A DNA stretch of 16,519 nucleotides from an uncultured Deinococcales bacterium. Lineage in GTDB: Bacteria > Deinococcota > Deinococci > Deinococcales > JAAFIG01. Positions within the stretch are counted from its first letter, which is position 1. The number at the start of each line of letters is the position of its first letter. This document shows, piece by piece, positions 8,270 through 13,941 of the stretch. A program made the translations under genes and the position numbers. The stretch is from NCBI GenBank assembly GCA_964247135.1, contig CAXTTL010000102.1:1-16519 (forward strand), given 5' to 3'. The notes beneath the pieces were generated by a model. That model did no database searches and was not told where the DNA came from. It worked only from the letters and a program-made list of their open reading frames with translations.

Positions 8270-9148
8270 TTAATGACACGTTCCGACACCCGCATCGCCA
8301 AACGATTTTCCAGGTTCGGGCAAGAATTTAAATTTGTAACCCGAGGCGGCAAGCTCGAGCTTTAACACGCCGTAGGTGTCCGAATTAAAAGTTTGACTGT
8401 TGGGTTTTTTGATGCCCAAATGATAATGGCTGATGCCGCCAGAACCAACAATGATTTCGGTCGTGCCGCGTTGGTCCGCTTTGCCTGCCGCGTTCATTGC
8501 CGCGAACCGTTCATAGGTGTGCTCATGACCATTCAGTACCAGTTCAACGTTATTTTCGCTCACCGCTTTCCAAATGTCTTGCATAAAATCGTTGTCGCCG
8601 TGTTCCGCGCCGCTCGAGAATCTGGGGTGATGCCACATCACGATTTGGCAGGTGCTGGGGCTGGCTTTCAGGTCGCTCCGCAACCATTTTTCTTGACTCG
8701 AGCCTGCCTCGCAGCCGCCCACCGCCCAGCAATTGCTGTTGATCACCGCGATGTGCCACGCGCCGAGGTTGTACGAATAATAGCCTTTGCTCGGGTCGCC
8801 GGCTTTCGTGCCGAAATAACCGTAATAACCTGTGGCGTGGGGGGTGTTGTAATCGTGGTTGCCTGGGACTGGACGGGTTTTGGCTTTAAAGCCGCCCCAA
8901 CTTGGGTTGTAACAATCACCAAATTCTTGGCTTGTACCGTTCGGGTATACGTTGTCACCCAAAGTAAAAACGCCCGCGCCTGGGTTTTGGGTCAGGACGC
9001 CAGCCACCAGTTTTGCGGTCGCTTCGTCGCCAGCACTGTTACAACCCGCAATGTCGCCAGCGCCAACCAGCACGACGCTTTGCGGCGCCGAAAGTCCGTC
9101 GCAGGCGAGCAGAACACCACAAAAAACAAAGATCAAAGTCAGTTTCAT
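8270..9148 (-). CDS. Secreted/lipoprotein metallophosphoesterase (purple acid phosphatase-like)
   Basis: Lipobox LLAC and motifs AGDIA, LGDNVY, PGNHDY, WHHP, GHEH.YER. Confidence 0.9.
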   Translation of the reverse strand: MKLTLIFVFCGVLLACDGLSAPQSVVLVGAGDIAGCNSAGDEATAKLVAGVLTQNPGAGVFTLGDNVYPNGTSQEFGDCYNPSWGGFKAKTRPVPGNHDYNTPHATGYYGYFGTKAGDPSKGYYSYNLGAWHIAVINSNCWAVGGCEAGSSQEKWLRSDLKASPSTCQIVMWHHPRFSSGAEHGDNDFMQDIWKAVSENNVELVLNGHEHTYERFAAMNAAGKADQRGTTEIIVGSGGISHYHLGIKKPNSQTFNSDTYGVLKLELAASGYKFKFLPEPGKSFGDAGVGTCH

Positions 9149-9184
9149 ATTGACTCGAGCTTACCTCGGGATAGACTGCGAAAC

Positions 9185-9799
9185 ATGATTGACATTACCC
9201 GAGCGATTCACAACGACGCGCCGAACTGGTACGGCGATACGCCGGTGAATTATCAAACGCCGGTAAAAATCTCGAGTGGGGCAAGTGCCAACGTTGGCAG
9301 CATTACCATGAGCACCCACACTGGAACGCACGTCGATGCGCCGTGGCATTACGACGACGCGGGCATCAAACTCCATGAGGTGCCGCTCGAGACTTGGGTT
9401 GGAACGTGCATTGTGGTGAACGCTTTTGGCGTCTCGAGTTTGACGCCAGATTTGCTCGAGGGGCAGGATTTGAGCGGTGTGAGCAAAGTAATTTTTAAGA
9501 CTGGACAACCGAACGCTTGGCAGGAATTTCCCAGAATTTGGGCTGTAACCGACTCAAGTTTGCCGCCTTACCTGGCATCTCGAGGGATAAATTTGATCGG
9601 CACGGACGCGCCCAGTGCCGATGCGCTCGAGAGTAAAGACTTACCTGGTCACAAGGCGCTGGCAAAGGCAGGCGTGTGTATTCTCGAGAGTTTGGCACTC
9701 GAACATGTGAAGCCTGGAAAGTACCGTTTGATTTGTCTGCCACTGAATTTGATTGGCGCGGACGGTGCGCCCGCTCGGGTGATTCTCGAGAAGTTATAA
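9185..9799 (+). CDS. kynB: Cyclase-family metallohydrolase, kynurenine formamidase-like
   Basis: HTGTHVDAPWH motif, 'GTDAPSAD', 'H..L...GV.ILE.L.L', and 'LPL.L.GADGAPARV'. The real start is the ATG at 9185 (MIDIT...), 7 nt after TAGACT, not 8393 as in the ORF track. The family call is firm; the exact substrate is inferred. Confidence 0.8.
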   Translation: MIDITRAIHNDAPNWYGDTPVNYQTPVKISSGASANVGSITMSTHTGTHVDAPWHYDDAGIKLHEVPLETWVGTCIVVNAFGVSSLTPDLLEGQDLSGVSKVIFKTGQPNAWQEFPRIWAVTDSSLPPYLASRGINLIGTDAPSADALESKDLPGHKALAKAGVCILESLALEHVKPGKYRLICLPLNLIGADGAPARVILEKL

Positions 9800-9817
9800 T
9801 TATTGTGGAGGTTCAAA

Positions 9818-10081
9818 ATGATCGACAATTCGGTTTCGCTCGAGATTGAGGACTTGCCAGAGTTGTTTGGTGATGATGATTTTGCTGTCCAGGAGGCTTC
9901 GTTGGAGGCAATCGCGAGATTGCAAAGCAAGGGTATTGATATTTTTTACTTCGATGCGTATTTGAAAGTTCATGTTTTGGAAAAACCAAATGGTGATCGT
10001 TTTGAGATTCAGTACACGGGTAAACCAAAAGCCGATTTTGAGATTGTGAAGCCCTTATGTCCGATTCCACCACACATATAA
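9818..10081 (+). CDS. Small hypothetical protein
   Basis: 87-aa ORF with a GGAGG RBS before the ATG at 9818 and TATAAT at 9795-9800. Confidence 0.7.
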   Translation: MIDNSVSLEIEDLPELFGDDDFAVQEASLEAIARLQSKGIDIFYFDAYLKVHVLEKPNGDRFEIQYTGKPKADFEIVKPLCPIPPHI

Positions 10082-10116
10082 TTCTCTTAGAACGTAAAAT
10101 TGAGTAAACTATGTGC

Positions 10117-10353
10117 ATGAGTAAGTTCGAGTTGCTGGAACAACAAATTTTAGAACTCAATCAAGAAGAACTCGCTTTGCTGCGAGAAAAACTCGATGAA
10201 CTCGAGCTTGAGACACTCATTCCTGCGTTACAGTTAACACCCTCAAATGGCAAAAAAGCGCGAGGTCTACCTGATGGAATTATTTCGAGCAGCGGTGCTT
10301 CGATGAGCGATTCGATTCGCAAAATGCGTGATGAACGAGAATCAAGTTTGTGA
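10117..10353 (+). CDS. Putative antitoxin (VapB-like) of a type II TA pair
   Basis: Small acidic protein directly upstream of, and GTGA-overlapping, a PIN gene. The ATG at 10117 is 6 nt after TAAACT; the ORF track starts at 10111. Confidence 0.7.
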   Translation: MSKFELLEQQILELNQEELALLREKLDELELETLIPALQLTPSNGKKARGLPDGIISSSGASMSDSIRKMRDERESSL

Positions 10354-10772
10354 TTTTGTTTCTTGACTCGAGCGCGTTGGTTAAGTTGTATTCGGCGGAA
10401 GCGAACCGAAAAGTGGTGTTTTCTGCAATTGCCAAAGCTCGAGATGTTGCTGTTTCAAGTTTAAGCCTTGCAGAAGTTGCCAGCGCCTTAAAACGACATC
10501 AGTTGAAGGGGGGCTTTAGTCAAGCTGATGAACAGCTTGCATTTCAAGTTTTACTCGAGGATTGGGAAACATTTGATCGCATCGATTTGAGTGATTGGTT
10601 GGCAAAACAGGCGGCAGTCTTGGCTCGGTCCAAAGGTTTACGTGGCGCGGATGCAGTGCAATTGGCATCTGCCAGTTGGCTGACTCGAGAACGTCATGGC
10701 GTGCAGTTTTTGGCTTTCGATGTTCAGTTGAACGAGGCTGCTCGAGGGATTGTTCGGATTTTTGAACCTTAA
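10350..10772 (+). CDS. vapC: PIN-domain ribonuclease toxin (VapC family)
   Basis: 'LFLDSSALVKLY..E', 'SLAEVASAL', 'LRGADAVQLASA' and 'FLAFD..L..AA' give the PIN acidic residues. Confidence 0.9.
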   Translation: MILFLDSSALVKLYSAEANRKVVFSAIAKARDVAVSSLSLAEVASALKRHQLKGGFSQADEQLAFQVLLEDWETFDRIDLSDWLAKQAAVLARSKGLRGADAVQLASASWLTRERHGVQFLAFDVQLNEAARGIVRIFEP

Positions 10773-10807
10773 ATTTTGTTTCCAAATAACCGTGTCAGAA
10801 TACAGCC

Positions 10808-11638
10808 GTGTTGATTTACCAAATCCCAGGAACTTTAGAGACCCTCGATCACCTCACGCCTGCACTGTGGGAAGCTGGGGCGCAGGGACTCGAGGAACGT
10901 GATGGGCTGGTGCTGGTTTACTTTGAATCTCGACTCGAGTTGCCGTTTGGTGGCGTCTGGCTCGAGGCGGACGATACGGATTGGATTGCGCAGTACCGCG
11001 CAAGTTTGAAACCCGTCACGATTGGAAAAATCATCATCAACCCTGGTTGGGATTTGAGCCTAACGCCGAACTCGGACAAGATCGTGATTGACCTCGAGCC
11101 TGGTTTTGCTTTTGGCACAGGGCAGCACGAGACGACCCGCATGGCAATTTTGGCGTTGCAAGATCACGATTTGAAGAATGCTCGAGTGCTCGACGTGGGT
11201 TCGGGCAGTGGGATTTTGGCGCTGGTGGCGGCAAAACTCGGCGCAATAGTTCTGGCTGTGGACAACGACTCGAGCACCGTGCCTGTCGCTCGAGAGAACG
11301 CTGCGAAAAACAATGTTGAGGCAGAATTTGTCGATGGCATCCTGGAGACGGTGCTGCCTCGAGCGCCATTTGATGTGGTGGTGGCGAATCTGTTTGCAGA
11401 ACTTCACGACCTGCTGATGCCGCAGTACAAAACCGCGCTCGAGCCTGGCGGTTTGCTGTTGATGACGGGCATCATGGCGGGAACGGGTCAAGCCGACGCT
11501 GGCGAGCAAGTCACTTGGGACACCTCGAGCGGACGCGAGACGATGGTGATGACGGCACTGAAACGTGAGGGTTTTGAATTTGTTCGGCGCGTCCAAGATG
11601 GTGATTGGGTCTTGCTCGAGGCGCGAAAAACAGTGTGA
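10808..11638 (+). CDS. prmA: Ribosomal protein L11 methyltransferase
   Basis: 'EPGFAFGTGQHETT', SAM motif 'VLDVGSGSGILA', 'AVDND' and 'DVVVANL'. The short N-terminal domain resembles Thermus/Deinococcus PrmA. Confidence 0.93.
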   Translation: MLIYQIPGTLETLDHLTPALWEAGAQGLEERDGLVLVYFESRLELPFGGVWLEADDTDWIAQYRASLKPVTIGKIIINPGWDLSLTPNSDKIVIDLEPGFAFGTGQHETTRMAILALQDHDLKNARVLDVGSGSGILALVAAKLGAIVLAVDNDSSTVPVARENAAKNNVEAEFVDGILETVLPRAPFDVVVANLFAELHDLLMPQYKTALEPGGLLLMTGIMAGTGQADAGEQVTWDTSSGRETMVMTALKREGFEFVRRVQDGDWVLLEARKTV

Positions 11639-11666
11639 TCTCAGGTTCGGGCGGTAGACTTTAAAC

Positions 11667-12899
11667 ATGCGTAAGTTACTGGCTGTTCTGATTTCGTTTG
11701 CGGTGTTCACAACCTTTTCGCTGGCTCAAGCGCCAAGTCCAGCGCAGTATTTTCTCGACGAGGCATTAACCACGCTCGAGGAACGTTATTTCGGGTTTGC
11801 AACAATTGATTTTAAAACCCTTGATCAAAATGCCAACGCCAAACTCGAGCTTGCCTGCAAAGACCTTTTGCCGTGTCCTTTTGCGGCGGGCGAATCGACG
11901 CTCGACGATGTGCTTGCAGGTGTTGGGGACGGGCATACGTTTCGCTTGACGCCGATTGCCTGGGCGCAATTTGTCGCCAATTCGGACAATGCGCCCTTGC
12001 TGATGATTGGTCTGAAATTTGCGCCCTTGCCCGATGCCAGCGCGTTGGTGGTAACACGGGTGCTCGAGGGCAGTCCAGCAAAACTGGCTGGCATTCAGCG
12101 CGGTGATGTGGTCTGGGCGGTCAATGGGACGCCATTGGAGAATTTTAAATCTGCTGCCCAAGCCGTCAACGCCATCACAACGCTCGAGTTCAATAAGCAA
12201 AGCATCACGCTCGAGGTTTCAAGAGGAAATGGCGAACATAAAACCGTGAAGCTCGAGCCAGCCGAACTAAAACCGTGGTTGCCGAGTTACGAATTGCGCC
12301 CCGATGGCGTGGCAGTCATCACCTTTTACCAGTATCTTACGGGTGGTTTGATCGCCTCGAGCGTTCATGATTTTGTCAAACAAGCCCAAGCCGCCAAAGC
12401 TCGAGCGATGGTTTTGGACGTGCGCGGCTCTGGCGGCGGCAGTGGTTTTGAAAGCGTGGCTGCGGCTGGGGCGTTCACCGAACCTGTCGGCACACAGTTT
12501 GAAAATACTCGAGGCAAAGGCAAAATCGTGTACCAAAATGGTGAGATTGCCAACAGTGGTTTTAAAATTGGTAACCCTGCAAATTGGACGCAACCCGTGG
12601 TGGTGCTGACCAATCACATCTCGAGGAGCGCCGCCGAGTACATGGCGTTTTTCTTGCAAGAATCTGGGCGAGCCAAAGTGATTGGCGAAGCCACGGCTGG
12701 CGTTTTGAACACCAGCACCTCGATTTTCCCCCTGCCAGGAGGCTCGAGTCTTGCCGTGACCAGCGGACGCTCGAGCGATTTGAATGGCGTGCCTCACCCA
12801 GAACGGGTGACGCCCGACGTGGTCATGACCGACGACATGGCGGCATTGTCGCAAGGTCGTGATCTGATTCTGTTGAAGGCGCTCGAGATGCTGAAATGA
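11667..12899 (+). CDS. Secreted S41-family peptidase with PDZ domain
   Basis: Signal peptide, 'GDGHT', PDZ 'VLEGSPAKLAGIQRGDVVWAVNG', 'VLDVRGSGGG', 'VVLTN..SRSAAE', 'IGEATAG' and 'VTPDV'. Confidence 0.88.
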   Translation: MRKLLAVLISFAVFTTFSLAQAPSPAQYFLDEALTTLEERYFGFATIDFKTLDQNANAKLELACKDLLPCPFAAGESTLDDVLAGVGDGHTFRLTPIAWAQFVANSDNAPLLMIGLKFAPLPDASALVVTRVLEGSPAKLAGIQRGDVVWAVNGTPLENFKSAAQAVNAITTLEFNKQSITLEVSRGNGEHKTVKLEPAELKPWLPSYELRPDGVAVITFYQYLTGGLIASSVHDFVKQAQAAKARAMVLDVRGSGGGSGFESVAAAGAFTEPVGTQFENTRGKGKIVYQNGEIANSGFKIGNPANWTQPVVVLTNHISRSAAEYMAFFLQESGRAKVIGEATAGVLNTSTSIFPLPGGSSLAVTSGRSSDLNGVPHPERVTPDVVMTDDMAALSQGRDLILLKALEMLK

Positions 12900-13591
12900 G
12901 ATCACACCGTGCGTTTGTGGCGAAGCTCGAGCCAGTCGTGAAATTGATCGGTTCTGAAGCCTCGCATTTGCGGGTTTTGCGGGCTGGTGTTGGTGATCTG
13001 GTCACGCTGTTTGATGGCGCGGGACTCGAGGCAGACGCGAAAATATTGGCGCTCGAAGATTTTACAATCACACTCGAGGTTGGTGACTCTCGAATTGTGA
13101 ACCTCGAGCCACCGCAAGAAATCACGCTCGCCATCGCGCTTTTAAAGGGCGACAAGCTTGCCGAGGTCGTGCGTGCCGCCACAGAATTGGGCGTATCGAG
13201 GTTTTTGTTGCTGGTAAGCGATCACGCAGATGTTAAAGAAATCGGCGCTCAAAAACTCGAGCGTTTACAGCGCGTGGCGCTTGAAGCCAGCAAGCAATGC
13301 CGTCGGGCGGTCACCCCCCTGGTGCTCTCACCCATCAAACTGAAAACCCTAGAGCCTGTGGCTTGCGGTCTGGTGGCGCATCCTGGTTCGAGTTTGAAAC
13401 CTCGAGAAGCCGTCAATTGGGATTCGCCGATCACGGTTGCCACCGGTCCCGAAGGTGGTTTCTCGAGCTTGGAAATTGAGTGGCTCGAGTCAAAAGGTTT
13501 TAAAACGGTTGGACTTGGACCTCGGATTTTACGCGCCGAAACCGCGCCGATTGCGATTCTGGGCGCTTTGACGGCAGGTGAAGGCTATTGA
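12896..13591 (+). CDS. rsmE: 16S rRNA (uracil-1498 N3) methyltransferase
   Basis: 'SHLRVLR', 'KGDK...V.R.ATELGV', 'EASKQCRR' and SPOUT knot 'GPEGGFS..E', 'LGPRILRAETA'. ATGA overlap with the upstream gene. Confidence 0.95.
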   Translation: MRSHRAFVAKLEPVVKLIGSEASHLRVLRAGVGDLVTLFDGAGLEADAKILALEDFTITLEVGDSRIVNLEPPQEITLAIALLKGDKLAEVVRAATELGVSRFLLLVSDHADVKEIGAQKLERLQRVALEASKQCRRAVTPLVLSPIKLKTLEPVACGLVAHPGSSLKPREAVNWDSPITVATGPEGGFSSLEIEWLESKGFKTVGLGPRILRAETAPIAILGALTAGEGY

Positions 13592-13601
13592 TCGGCGACA
13601 C

Positions 13602-13771
13602 GGGGCGCATGGCTTCTTGACCATAAAATGCACCTACGGGCATGGTCGCTTCTTGACCATAAAATGCACCTACGGGCATGGTCGCTTCTTGACCATAAAA
13701 TGCACCTAACGGGCATGGTCGCTTCTTGACCATAAAATGCTCCTACGGGCATGGTCGCCATGCGCCCCTAC
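13602..13771. repeat. Four tandem 36-bp units enclosed by a 12-bp inverted repeat (GTAG-REP-like element)
   Basis: Unit GCTTCTTGACCATAAAATGCACCTACGGGCATGGTC at 13612-13647, 13648-13683, 13684-13720 (one extra A) and 13721-13756 (one substitution). Flanked by GGGGCGCATGGC (13602-13613) and GCCATGCGCCCC-TAC (13757-13771). Confidence 0.93.
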
Positions 13772-13789
13772 AAAAGCAAAAACGGCGAA

Positions 13790-13818
13790 TTGGAATTCTG
13801 GCGCGTAAGTTCTATCAT
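13790..13818 (+). promoter_or_regulatory. Putative sigma70-type promoter of lon (TTGGAA-17 nt-TATCAT)
   Basis: -35 TTGGAA at 13790-13795, exact 17-nt spacer, -10 TATCAT at 13813-13818. Confidence 0.55.
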
Positions 13819-13892
13819 GACCGAACGGCAGATTCGCCAGTTGCCATCACTCAACCAATCTTCACTTAGTTCACAAACACTTCACCAGAAAC

Positions 13893-13913
13893 CTTGATAT
13901 AACTACACTCAAG
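13893..13913. promoter_or_regulatory. HAIR-like operator (HspR binding site) upstream of lon
   Basis: CTTGATA-N7-ACTCAAG versus the HAIR consensus CTTGAGT-N7-ACTCAAG (12/14 matches, exact spacing), 28 nt before the lon ATG. lon is a known HspR-regulon member in Deinococcus and Streptomyces. Confidence 0.8.
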
Positions 13914-13941
13914 TTTCACCCGCTTTCAAAAAGGAGCAACC

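Noticed and set aside
8393-9799. 468-aa ORF suggesting a long N-terminal fusion to the cyclase
   Set aside because: The first ~264 codons are the antisense shadow of the motif-rich phosphatase gene (8270-9148). Cyclase similarity starts at the ATG at 9185, which has its own -10 box.
13500-13733. 77-aa minus-strand ORF with repeated GAFYGQEATMPV
   Set aside because: It is simply the translation of the 36-bp repeat. The extra base in unit 3 shifts the repeat frame, the ORF overlaps rsmE antisense, and it has no clear initiation signal.
13612-13756. 36-bp repeats as a CRISPR array
   Set aside because: The units are directly head-to-tail with no unique spacers, and no cas genes are in the window.
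13835-13855. Second HAIR site (ACTCAAC half-site) in the lon leader
   Set aside because: The left half matches the consensus too poorly to call.
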